Made by a program: the position numbers and the translations under genes
Assembly (NCBI GenBank): GCA_041546685.1
Contig: JBFEVX010000007.1
Coordinates: 1,759-65,758 of the forward strand
Direction: 5' to 3'
Source: Bacteriovoracaceae bacterium
Lineage (GTDB): Bacteria > Bdellovibrionota > Bacteriovoracia > Bacteriovoracales > Bacteriovoracaceae
Length of the DNA stretch: 64,000 nt
Notes under the pieces: generated by a model
Database searches by the model: none
What the model was told of the DNA's origin: nothing
The model's input: only the letters and a program-made list of their open reading frames with translations
Shown: positions 27,040 through 36,234 of the stretch, in pieces
Position numbering within the stretch: the first letter of the stretch is position 1
Layout: each line of letters begins with the position of its first letter

Positions 27040-28198
27040 TTGGATTAACCTCCAGATAAATTACAGTTGCATCGTGATCAAGAAAGTCACCTTTCACTTC
27101 TTTTTTCATCTGAAAAAAGATTTCATTGATCATTTGATTAGGTACTTGTTCAAATAAATCATTATAGAAAGAGGAGGGTAATTCCTCTTTTCTTGAATGG
27201 AAGTTTCTCAGGACTCCCGGAGACAAAATCAAAAGTTTTTCACCACGATCCAATCTGGATACAAAATGACTTTTTTCGAAAAACATATCATCAAGAGGAA
27301 GTTCATTTGACTTTGTATGAACCCCTTTTAAAGACTTTAGTTCAAATTCTCCAAATTGATGTCCTTCAACCTGAAGAGAATTCAAATCTATTCTCATTAG
27401 GAAAATTTCAACAACCCTTTCATCAGCGTCATCAAAGCCTCTATCCCGAATATCGTGAGACAAATCGGTGAGAAATTTCTCCATTTCTTCATTACTGAAT
27501 GAAACCTTATCTCTGAAGTACTCAAAATGAGTCAGAACCATAGATGAAACGACATATGACGATGAAGAAGTAACAAGAACCAAAAATTGTTTGTCACCTT
27601 TGATGATGTCAAAAAACTCCCCACCACTACTTTCTCCTGCACCAAACTTCGAGACGATGTTGAGTCCCTTGAAATTCTCTTTTCTCATGGGAACAATCTT
27701 TTCATGAAGTCTTTTCAATCTTTGTAATTCGGCCAAGCTTCTACCGACAATCTTATTCATCTGCTGGCTGACATCTCCCAGATCAATTTTGTCTTCAAAA
27801 TTTTTTCTAAATGATGAAGCTAACAAAGGTAGGTGATACTCAAGAGACTTGTCCATATCGATCAAACCTGTCACTTGAGGATGGGTTGTATAAAACAGCT
27901 TGATTCTCTCCTGAAGTCCCTCATCGAGACTGCTCCAATTCAAACAAACAAAAAAGTCTCTGACTTTTCCATCAAAAGACTCGATGGTTTGAATGTCCTT
28001 TTTATCTCTTAGATGAAAAAGAATCGTTTCGTTTCCGCCAAACTTGACTCCTTCAAGTCCTGCCAGTTCCTGGGTATTGAATTTCATTATTGGGAAACGA
28101 CTTTCAACTGGCCTGAAATAGCCGAATGGCGCCGGTTCCTTGGAGCAAATGAAAAGTTTAATCACATCCATTGATTTCCTACTCTCCTGTAATTTCAC
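27020..28198 (-). CDS. SpoIIE/PP2C-like domain protein, apparently degenerate
   Basis: GGEFFDI...LVLVTSSSSYVVSS...LLILSPGVLRN parallels the SpoIIE pattern GGDFYD...igDvsGkG..AA...lllyTDGl.E. Both metal-binding Asp positions are replaced. Confidence 0.4.
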   Translation of the reverse strand: MKLQESRKSMDVIKLFICSKEPAPFGYFRPVESRFPIMKFNTQELAGLEGVKFGGNETILFHLRDKKDIQTIESFDGKVRDFFVCLNWSSLDEGLQERIKLFYTTHPQVTGLIDMDKSLEYHLPLLASSFRKNFEDKIDLGDVSQQMNKIVGRSLAELQRLKRLHEKIVPMRKENFKGLNIVSKFGAGESSGGEFFDIIKGDKQFLVLVTSSSSYVVSSMVLTHFEYFRDKVSFSNEEMEKFLTDLSHDIRDRGFDDADERVVEIFLMRIDLNSLQVEGHQFGEFELKSLKGVHTKSNELPLDDMFFEKSHFVSRLDRGEKLLILSPGVLRNFHSRKEELPSSFYNDLFEQVPNQMINEIFFQMKKEVKGDFLDHDATVIYLEVNPNVIVQV

Positions 28199-28447
28199 TA
28201 TTTTAACTGTAATTGGTGGACTTTGGTATTGAAGTTTCTATTTTCAATAAATTCAGCCAGTTGCCAGAGTTTTGTAAAGTACTGCCCAATCGGATTGGCT
28301 AATTCTGAGTTTTCTAAACAAGAACTAACCTACCGAAAGTATTAAAAGTCTATTTATCCACTAAAGTTTCCCCTTGGATATTCCGAAATTTATCTAGATT
28401 GACGATAAAATAATACCAAGCGTTAATTGTTTTACAGGCTAAATTTA

Positions 28448-29173
28448 ATGGCAAAAAAAGACAACGTTATTTCTCTTCCTCACTTGGTCAGCGGTCTGGC
28501 CATGTTGAACCTATCAAAAGAGGTAGAGGATCTTAAATCAGTTAAGAAGGACATCCTTGAGATGTCTGTTCGTGCTTTGCTCAAGGCCCTTGAGTGCAAG
28601 GACGACTACACGTTTGGTCACAGCATGCGAGTTGCCTTCTACAGTTTACAACTTGGAAAGGAATACGGTCTAAGTGACGACGAGCTTTACGACCTGGAAC
28701 TAGCCGCCCTTTTTCATGACATAGGAAAAATAGGAGTTCCTGATAGCGTTCTACTCAAGCCAGCAAGACTTGATGAGGACGAATTCCTAAAGATGAAAAA
28801 ACATCCTGAGCTTTCGGCCGAGATCCTCAAAGGGTTCACTCACTTTGAAGAAGCTGCCAAGTTCGCCAAGCACCATCATGAAAGATATGACGGTCGTGGA
28901 TATCCAGATGGAATGGCAGGAGAAGATATTCCTCTTTATTCAAGAATCATACTCATTGCAGATACTTTCGACGCTATGACTTCAACCAGACCTTATAGAA
29001 AAGGTCTACCTTACGAAGTTGCTTTCGAAGAACTCAGAGAATTTGCAGGATCGCAATTTGATCCCAACTTGGTTGAATTCTTCATCAAGGCCATGGAAAG
29101 AGATCAAGCACAAAACCAACCAACTTTCGCCCTTGGTATCATCGATGGCGAATTCAAAAAAGACGCCGCTTAA
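28448..29173 (+). CDS. HD-GYP domain cyclic-di-GMP phosphodiesterase
   Basis: Canonical HSMRV, LFHDIGKIGVP, HHERYDGRGYPDG and ADTFDAMTSTRPYRKG motifs. The ORF-track start is TTG 28427; ATG 28448 is an alternative. Confidence 0.85.
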   Translation: MAKKDNVISLPHLVSGLAMLNLSKEVEDLKSVKKDILEMSVRALLKALECKDDYTFGHSMRVAFYSLQLGKEYGLSDDELYDLELAALFHDIGKIGVPDSVLLKPARLDEDEFLKMKKHPELSAEILKGFTHFEEAAKFAKHHHERYDGRGYPDGMAGEDIPLYSRIILIADTFDAMTSTRPYRKGLPYEVAFEELREFAGSQFDPNLVEFFIKAMERDQAQNQPTFALGIIDGEFKKDAA

Positions 29174-29230
29174 TTTCAATTGAAATTTGTCTCTTCTTTC
29201 CAAACTTTGCTTTGGGAATTCATTTTTATT

Positions 29231-30202
29231 TTATTCGCAAAAATCTACTTTAAAGCTGGTATTGACGTAGTACTTCTGAATAGTACGACAGTCTTCATAT
29301 GAAGCATAAACAGGACGTGTTACACACTCTGGTGCTTTTGTATTTTCTTTAGACCACTTTTGATTATCACGGCATTTGAAATAGGAACGCTTGTCCACAC
29401 AGGCCCAATGTTTACCTTTACAGTTGTAAACAAGCCCACGTCCCAAGCTTTCATAATCAGGTGGTTCAACATACTCCATTTTAGGAGGAGCGATTTTATC
29501 TTCTAGGTTTTGATCTTTAACGTTATCAACCAAATTATTGAGAGCATTGTCTACTGGTTGAGCACCAGTATCTCCATCAACAAAACCACCCATTGGATTT
29601 GCACCAGTATCAGTTTCTCCGCCAGCAGTCGGAGTCTCTGGTGTTAAATCCAATTCAACTGTTGCAACCGGCTCAGGTGTCTCTTCAGGAGTAGCTTCAG
29701 GAGTGAATTCAGCGACAGGAGTTTCCATCATTTCAGGAGTCATTTGAGGCTCTGGAGTTTGAACAACCTCAGGAGTCTCGGTAATCTCTGGAGTCGACTC
29801 TGCCATTGGTGTTTCCGATGGAGCCTCTGCTGCTGGAGTTGCTACAGTTTTAGCAGGTTTCTTTCTTTGAGGTCTTTTTCGAACAACTGGTGCAGGCGGT
29901 GGAGGCTCTTCTTTTAGAACAAATTCATCAATTGCAACCCATGCAACGACGAGACCTGCGACACCTTTGATAATTTTGGATCTTTTTTGGGCAGCCTCAT
30001 CAACTTCCCCTTCTTCTTCATCATCCTCATCATCTTCTGCGCCATCTCCTTTGGCCTTCTTTTTTTTGGGCGCATCTTCCTCTTCGTCATCATCGATGTC
30101 GACTTCGTGCTCACCTGTCACTTCATCATCATCGTCTTCCTCTCCCTTGTTCAGAAAAGGAAGTGATGCTTTGATTTTTTCAATAATCTCTTTGACGTCC
30201 AT
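29231..30202 (-). CDS. Bitopic membrane protein: poly-acidic N-terminus, one TM, TPE-repeat linker, Cys-rich C-terminal domain
   Basis: 323 aa. D/E tract at residues ~21-69, TM segment GVAGLVVAWVAI, T-P-E-rich residues ~121-192, and 6 Cys in the last ~70 aa. Confidence 0.65.
   Translation of the reverse strand: MDVKEIIEKIKASLPFLNKGEEDDDDEVTGEHEVDIDDDEEEDAPKKKKAKGDGAEDDEDDEEEGEVDEAAQKRSKIIKGVAGLVVAWVAIDEFVLKEEPPPPAPVVRKRPQRKKPAKTVATPAAEAPSETPMAESTPEITETPEVVQTPEPQMTPEMMETPVAEFTPEATPEETPEPVATVELDLTPETPTAGGETDTGANPMGGFVDGDTGAQPVDNALNNLVDNVKDQNLEDKIAPPKMEYVEPPDYESLGRGLVYNCKGKHWACVDKRSYFKCRDNQKWSKENTKAPECVTRPVYASYEDCRTIQKYYVNTSFKVDFCE
29627..29842 (-). repeat. Imperfect tandem coding repeats (ETPE/TPE units)
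   Basis: On the + strand the TTCAGGAGT/CTCAGGAGT/CTCTGGAGT units recur. They translate to ...SETPMAESTPEITETPEVVQTPEPQMTPEMMETPVAEFTPEATPEETPEP... Confidence 0.6.
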
Positions 30203-30308
30203 TTAACCTCAAAAGATTCAGGAATCTGCGTTACACTTTAATTATAAGGACTTATCGACAAGTTGGGCAGGTTATTTAATTGAAATCTCTTTTCTCCGAG
30301 TAGAATAC

Positions 30309-31235
30309 TCAGTTTAAAAGTTCTCTTAGGTAACTCTCTGAAACATCCTCTACTACGTAACATTGGAAGAAGTTATTTTCAGGTGAAAGTCTGGTAAAGC
30401 TCGTAAAGGTTTTTTCAAAGCTCTTCTGCTCCTTCTTATTCAGAAAAAGTATAGAATGTCCTTTTGATGAAACTGTGGAAATGAAGTCCCCCATTGTTCT
30501 TCTATGGTTGGCCTCTACAAGGTATCGATGACCTTTTTTGGTTTGATAACAATCCAATTGAATCGAGTCTGATACACCCAGGTTACGATACTCTTCGTAA
30601 ATCATCTTCAATAACTCATGATCAAATTCATTTTCCATGAATTGAATATCACGCCCACCTCGGAACTGCCCTTTTTTATCATTGTAATTTTCAATGATCT
30701 TCAAATCTTTCTTTTGATAATCATATCGAAGACCGAAATCCATCAATCTTTCTTCCCAAGGCTCAATAATGACCGGGTATGAAATCTCACCTTCGGCAGT
30801 TTTTTTAAAACCTCTTCCTGAAAATTCAAATGGTGATTTTATCACCATCCCCTCTTTGAATTTTTTGTTCAATTCAGCTTCAGAATGAACTATTGAAGAA
30901 TCATCAGGATTGAGTCCCAATTTGGAACCAATTTCAAAAGATGTAATTTTGCTATTCCACTGCTTTTCTTTTTCATTTGAAGTATCCCCCCACCAAGGAG
31001 TGGCCTTTTCAGACAAAGGGGATATTTCGATTTTCTTCCCTGAATAATTTTGGACATTTTCAAGATAATCTTTCTCGTATTTCACATCAGTAGACAAACA
31101 AGTGCCATCATCTCCCATGAAAAAATACACCCACTCAAGCTCGCGACACATCGTACGGTACTTTTTCCCTGAGAAAGTCCATGTTGAATCAAAGAGCTCA
31201 TATTCGAAGTCTATGTTGACTCTAAATGGATTCAT
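30309..31235 (-). CDS. ATP-grasp-like hypothetical protein
   Basis: VIKSPFEFSGRGF..., ...VIIEPWEERLMDFGLRYDY... and ...YLVEANHRRTMG resemble the ATP-grasp core strands. The ATG at 31235 forms an ATGA overlap with the upstream stop; the track start is GTG 31241. Confidence 0.4.
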   Translation of the reverse strand: MNPFRVNIDFEYELFDSTWTFSGKKYRTMCRELEWVYFFMGDDGTCLSTDVKYEKDYLENVQNYSGKKIEISPLSEKATPWWGDTSNEKEKQWNSKITSFEIGSKLGLNPDDSSIVHSEAELNKKFKEGMVIKSPFEFSGRGFKKTAEGEISYPVIIEPWEERLMDFGLRYDYQKKDLKIIENYNDKKGQFRGGRDIQFMENEFDHELLKMIYEEYRNLGVSDSIQLDCYQTKKGHRYLVEANHRRTMGDFISTVSSKGHSILFLNKKEQKSFEKTFTSFTRLSPENNFFQCYVVEDVSESYLRELLN

Positions 31236-32041
31236 TCCCACTCTTTCCTTTTTGTCACTTTGAATTCATCTCTATAATCCTTCTGACTTTGTATAAATTG
31301 CTCAGAAAGACCAGCCTTCAATCGAGGCTCTTCATAAAAATGTATTCCTTTGGACCTCGCCGGAGTGATTTTTTCTGGAAGAAGACTTTGATAATAAGAC
31401 CAAAGTTCTTTGGGATCGACTTGTGACTCAAGATGACTTCTTCCTCTAGCCACGTGTTTAATCTCATCTTCAAGTACAATAGACATGATTCTTTCACATT
31501 CCTCGTCTTCAACTTCCTTGAAAACATCTCTGTAATAGATCGCAAAGTCCAGATTTGCTGATTCAAAAGTCAATGCGACCAGTGCATAAAACTCTTCTGG
31601 ATTTTTGATACTTGCGAATTGTCTCCAGAAAAAATCATTAAGTGGATAATCTCCAAATTCCACTCCAAGTTGATTCATTCTTTTTCTATAGAGAAGAAAA
31701 TGCTTTTGTTCATCCTTAATTGTAGAAATAAGATTACGTTTAAAAGACTCAGAGAGTTCTGGAAACATTAAAAGAGCTGCGGCCATCATTTCAATTGCCA
31801 AAAGTTCATGATTAGCAAAGAAATGCAAAGCAAGTGCACGTTTTTCTTTTAAGTGAAAGCTCCCCGCTCTTGGAAATTTAATCTGTTCTTTAGAGAATTG
31901 AATTGAGCTATCTCTGCCAGGAATAATTTCATTTGAAGTCTTGAGAAGGGGCGATTTTAGATCATACTCCGAAAGATCGAGAAGTTTGTCCTCGATAGCT
32001 CCCCCAAATAAGATCTGTTCAGCAGCTTTTTGAAGGTTCAT
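31232..32041 (-). CDS. DUF455-like ferritin-like superfamily protein
   Basis: RALALHFFANHELLAIEMMAAALLMFPE...DEQKHFLLY...DEIKHV is the helical E-x-x-H pattern I associate with DUF455. ATGA overlaps occur at both ends. Confidence 0.5.
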   Translation of the reverse strand: MNLQKAAEQILFGGAIEDKLLDLSEYDLKSPLLKTSNEIIPGRDSSIQFSKEQIKFPRAGSFHLKEKRALALHFFANHELLAIEMMAAALLMFPELSESFKRNLISTIKDEQKHFLLYRKRMNQLGVEFGDYPLNDFFWRQFASIKNPEEFYALVALTFESANLDFAIYYRDVFKEVEDEECERIMSIVLEDEIKHVARGRSHLESQVDPKELWSYYQSLLPEKITPARSKGIHFYEEPRLKAGLSEQFIQSQKDYRDEFKVTKRKEWE

Positions 32042-34716
32042 CCTTTTCGTTTTCTTTTAACCCCGAATTTTTTCTTGCCGGAAAATTTTTTTCCGCCCTT
32101 TCCACCACTACTACCGCTTCCTCCGCCGGGCTTGCCGCGATATCCACCTTTTCCACCACCGGATTTCCCCTTTCCATTTTTAGAATTTCCTGAGGGTCGT
32201 CTACCTTTGAAACGTCTCTGCTTGAAACACTCTTCGCAAATCGGAAACTTGAAATCATCATCAAGCTTCACGCCACAACTAGAGCACTTGTTAATCAACT
32301 TTTCAGAGAGAAGACCATTGAGTTGCTCAATGGCCATGGACTTATTCTCCAACAGCTCTCCTTCGTTATAGAAGAAGTTTTTATTGTTGAAGTGTCTTGA
32401 AAGCCACTGATAGAGTTCGACACATTTGATGGAAGTTTCAAGATAATCTATATCATCAGATTGATGAACAATTGGTTCATTCTTTATTTCTTGTGCCTGA
32501 ACATATTTATTAAGAATCCAAATGTAATATTGAACGTGTTCCATCAAGCCAAGGTTGACTGGAGCACAGGCAAATCCAAATATCTCAGCATTGGAAAGAT
32601 TATTGTCCATATCTGCTTCTTCAACCATCTCTGCCAATTCAATCATTTCCTTGAGATCAACACAGTAAAATGGCTTCTGGAAAGTCATGGTGTTGAAGAG
32701 TCTCAAAAATTCAGAAAGTTTCAGCTCCGGAAGGTTATGTGAGGACAAAGCTCCATTCACCTGATTGAAGATATCCAAATCTGGCCCAACCATACATTGC
32801 TTTTGCTGCTCAAGATCTGTTTGAAGTGCAGCTTGAATCTGATCCAACCCATCTTCAACTTTCTGAAGACAATTAACGAAGCCTGTTGGAAATCTTTTAA
32901 AACGTCCAGCACGGCCTGCGATTTGCTTGATTTCACTTTCAGAAATTACATACTCCTTGCTGTTGATAAATTTTGACAGCGTGGAGAATACAATTCTCTT
33001 GATTGGGAGGTTCATTCCCATTGAAATCGCATCAGTTGAAACTATGATGTCCGTTTCCATTTCATCAAATTTTCTTGCCTGTTCCCGACGTACCTCAGGA
33101 GACAAACGTCCATAGACGATCGAGACTCTGAATCCTAACCTTTCAAGATCCGATTTATATCTCAAGGCATTTCTTCTAGAGAAAACAATTAGTGCATCGT
33201 GCTTTTGAAGGTTACCAAGAGTCGTTGGCTGGCGTTCAACAACCAATTCAGTCATACGACTATAATTTCTTACTTCTATTTCATCGCCACAAAGGTCAGC
33301 GATATTTTTCACCAGATCATATACAGAAGGGTCTCCGCAGACATGTACCTCTGGAGAAAACACATTTACCAAGGCCCTAGTCCAGGCCCAACCTCTTTGG
33401 CTATCAGTGATCATTTGAATTTCATCGATAACTACACAATCGAAGATTTCCTGGAAACGTGCCATCTCAATGGTCGAGCTGAAGTGTGTGGAACCTTCAA
33501 CTTCAATAACTTCTTCACCCGTCAAAAGTGTTGTGACAACACCTTTTGAATTGAGAGTATCGTAAAGTTCTCCGGCAAGTAATCTGAGAGGTGCCAAGTA
33601 GCAACCTCTTTCAGCTTCTGCCAGCCTTTGAATGGCGTGATAAGTTTTCCCGGAGTTTGTAGGACCCATATGATAGATGATTTTTCTTTTGATCTGCCTA
33701 GCTGATGAATGGACCCAAAACTCCCCAAGATATTCATTAAGAATGGTGGATGAAATATCTTTACGCTTCAATAACATGATGGACTTCACCATCTTTCTGA
33801 ATTCACGCGAGATATATTTTTCATTTCTCCAGATATTGCTGGAGATCTGGGCATAAAATCTTTGGAACTCGTCATCTGTAATGAAATCATCACTGAGGTC
33901 GAGTTCTATCAATATTCCAAGTAAATATGGTCTGAGTGTCTTGGCATACTTCGAAGCCAATGGAGAAGGATAATGGAAAGTCTCCTTCAAGTAAGACTTA
34001 ACCTGGTTTTCAAGTCTGTTCAATGTCGATCTTTTCAGTCGATGACGTACATCGTGGAACTTCTTATCCAGTTTTTTCTGGAGTCCATAAAAAAGATCCG
34101 AAAGCTCTTGTGGTCTCGTATCAACTAACGCTTCCATTTCTGAATGCGTATTCTCAATCATGACGATACATTCATCATAGATGAATTCACGCAGTCGCGT
34201 TCTAAAGTCGGCAATACACGAAATACAACTGCATTCCAGTTGATCAGTTTTCAGATTAAGATTGAAGTTTGATTTTACAAGTTCTTGAGTTGATTTGTGA
34301 TTCTCAAGTGCAACTTCACACCACTTTTCAAAGCCGACCTTGTGAAGACCTAGAATTTTTTCATCCAGACCTCCATCCTGACCAAAAAAGAACATTTCCT
34401 TTTCAGGCATGAGACAGTCATAGAGAAAAATTGTTTCGATCACATTATTACGGTCTACGAATTCATGGAAGGGAACATATTCTTTTTTGAAGCGACCAGT
34501 AAGACTAGGGTTTTGTTTAAAGAAAGCGTGTAACTGCTTATGTATGTCCTGTAAAAAACTCAGAACTGATTTTGCATCTTCAACACTTCTGACATAGCCA
34601 TCATCTTCAGCAAAACCATTAGTTTTGATGATCGTTTTTCTTTCTGTGGAAATGAGCGTCCGAATGCTTTCGTAATCTGGAAGTTCTGGAATCAGGGCCT
34701 GAACCACTGTGTTCAA
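32038..34716 (-). CDS. SUV3-type ATP-dependent RNA helicase with N-terminal extension, C-terminal zinc ribbon and Gly/Lys/Arg-rich tail
   Basis: HMGPTNSGKTYHAIQRL (Walker A), VIDEIQM (motif II) and a TDAISMGMNLPIKRIVF / IAGRAGR core match SUV3. CSSC...CEEC zinc ribbon. The last 59 aa are G/K/R/S-rich. Confidence 0.75.
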   Translation of the reverse strand: MNTVVQALIPELPDYESIRTLISTERKTIIKTNGFAEDDGYVRSVEDAKSVLSFLQDIHKQLHAFFKQNPSLTGRFKKEYVPFHEFVDRNNVIETIFLYDCLMPEKEMFFFGQDGGLDEKILGLHKVGFEKWCEVALENHKSTQELVKSNFNLNLKTDQLECSCISCIADFRTRLREFIYDECIVMIENTHSEMEALVDTRPQELSDLFYGLQKKLDKKFHDVRHRLKRSTLNRLENQVKSYLKETFHYPSPLASKYAKTLRPYLLGILIELDLSDDFITDDEFQRFYAQISSNIWRNEKYISREFRKMVKSIMLLKRKDISSTILNEYLGEFWVHSSARQIKRKIIYHMGPTNSGKTYHAIQRLAEAERGCYLAPLRLLAGELYDTLNSKGVVTTLLTGEEVIEVEGSTHFSSTIEMARFQEIFDCVVIDEIQMITDSQRGWAWTRALVNVFSPEVHVCGDPSVYDLVKNIADLCGDEIEVRNYSRMTELVVERQPTTLGNLQKHDALIVFSRRNALRYKSDLERLGFRVSIVYGRLSPEVRREQARKFDEMETDIIVSTDAISMGMNLPIKRIVFSTLSKFINSKEYVISESEIKQIAGRAGRFKRFPTGFVNCLQKVEDGLDQIQAALQTDLEQQKQCMVGPDLDIFNQVNGALSSHNLPELKLSEFLRLFNTMTFQKPFYCVDLKEMIELAEMVEEADMDNNLSNAEIFGFACAPVNLGLMEHVQYYIWILNKYVQAQEIKNEPIVHQSDDIDYLETSIKCVELYQWLSRHFNNKNFFYNEGELLENKSMAIEQLNGLLSEKLINKCSSCGVKLDDDFKFPICEECFKQRRFKGRRPSGNSKNGKGKSGGGKGGYRGKPGGGSGSSGGKGGKKFSGKKKFGVKRKRKG

Positions 34717-34788
34717 CCTTTGAAAAAGTATAAGAGCATCCTACCAAAACTGATTGTTTTGGTAAAATGCCCTGTTGATACAATGGAA

Positions 34789-35988
34789 TTATCTGTCGAG
34801 TTCAATAACGAAGGCCAAGGCCATTTTGGCGAACTTGGCAGCGTGAGTGGCGTTGTTTCTTGAAACACTGATTGTGTCTCTAGCTGTGTGGATATTGCTG
34901 TTCATATCACGCTTCTTGGATTCGAATGGCATGGAAGCCGGGAACCCTGCATTGTGCCATGACGCGTGATCACTACAAGCATAACCACACTTGTCGTAAC
35001 CCCATGAGACCCCAGTCACATACTCATCAATCAAATTGCCGATAAATGCATTTTGTGTAGAATTCGTGTAGTCAGTCATCATGACAATATCAAGGTCTGA
35101 ACCATTGAAGTTTGTCATATCTAGTTGCATGACACCAACGACATTGGCACCATCAGTCTTCATCTTCTGAGCAATCTCTTTTGACCCTCTAAGACCAACT
35201 TCTTCAGCTGCATAACCCATGAACTTGATAGTCTTCTTAGGTTGGTAATTGCTGTCAGCTAGTACTCTGATCACTTCAGTCACTGTTGAGATCCCTGAAG
35301 CATTATCGTCTGCACCTGGAGCTCTACTGTTGGCACCACCAAAGAATCCGGCGATTGAATCGGCGTGACCACCGATAACGATGACATCGTCAGGTGACTC
35401 AGAACCTTTAATCGTTAAGATTACTGAAGGTTGCTTCCAAGAGTGTGAGAAAAATTCAACTTTGGCATCATTTCTTTTAGCTACAAGTCCTTCCCACAAT
35501 CCTTTTACGTAATTTTGAGAATCAACACCTGTCTGTGATTGGTAGTATCTGTTTTTAAAGCTTGAAAGCTTCTCAATCACTTTTGAAATATTTGTGTCTT
35601 TCACCATTTCAACAGCAGGTCTTACTAGATCTTGCTGATTGATGTTGTAATCAGCAAAAAGTCCTTTTTGAGCGTAAACTCTTTTGCTTTCACCTGTAAT
35701 GGTCGCCAATGCTTCTTCTTCTGATTCATGAAATACAAAGCCACCACATCTTTTGAAATCGTGGTGCATTTCATGAGAAAGATTTGGAATATCGTCTTCA
35801 TGAATTTGCATCATCGTGATTCCATTCATTGACTTATGAATTTTGGCTGATTTTCCCAAATGGGCTTTGGCGTGTTCGGCTGCATCGTTGTCGATTGTAA
35901 TCCAACGAGCTTTTCCTTCTTCTATTGATGCCTGCGAATTTCCTATTTGCAAGGCCAGAGAAAAAATGGCAAAGAACTTAAGTGTCAT
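34789..35988 (-). CDS. Secreted M28-family aminopeptidase
   Basis: Signal peptide, then GGHADSIAG, GADDNASG and YAAEEVGLRGS zinc-ligand motifs typical of Vibrio-type leucyl aminopeptidases. Confidence 0.8.
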   Translation of the reverse strand: MTLKFFAIFSLALQIGNSQASIEEGKARWITIDNDAAEHAKAHLGKSAKIHKSMNGITMMQIHEDDIPNLSHEMHHDFKRCGGFVFHESEEEALATITGESKRVYAQKGLFADYNINQQDLVRPAVEMVKDTNISKVIEKLSSFKNRYYQSQTGVDSQNYVKGLWEGLVAKRNDAKVEFFSHSWKQPSVILTIKGSESPDDVIVIGGHADSIAGFFGGANSRAPGADDNASGISTVTEVIRVLADSNYQPKKTIKFMGYAAEEVGLRGSKEIAQKMKTDGANVVGVMQLDMTNFNGSDLDIVMMTDYTNSTQNAFIGNLIDEYVTGVSWGYDKCGYACSDHASWHNAGFPASMPFESKKRDMNSNIHTARDTISVSRNNATHAAKFAKMALAFVIELDR

Positions 35989-36234
35989 GTACCCTCCAGT
36001 GGTTTCGACGCTTTTGATCGTCCTGATCTAAGTATTAACTGAAAATTAGTCTATCCAATTCAATTCTGACAGTATCCTGATATGTTCTTACAATCGGTTA
36101 TGTAAGTTATTGTTGGTAATTAACAGACTCCTGCAGTCGGATACAACTTACTTATTCAAAAACGCTCAACAATGCCTTAAAATCACATGACGAACACAAG
36201 TCATAATTCCGACTAAAAACATCTGGATTTACCT

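Noticed and set aside
29967-30206. Poly-serine ORF (79 aa, plus strand)
   Set aside because: It is the antisense reading of the GAA/GAT-rich acidic tract of 29231-30202. The serine run is a compositional mirror artefact.
32030-32371. Pro/Phe/Leu-rich ORF (113 aa, plus strand)
   Set aside because: It is antisense to the Gly/Lys-rich tail and zinc ribbon of the SUV3-like helicase, so it is a compositional artefact.
34744-34762. Hairpin CCAAAAC-tgatt-GTTTTGG as terminator of the aminopeptidase gene
   Set aside because: It is a 7-bp AT-rich stem with no adjacent U-run on the minus strand, so support is weak.
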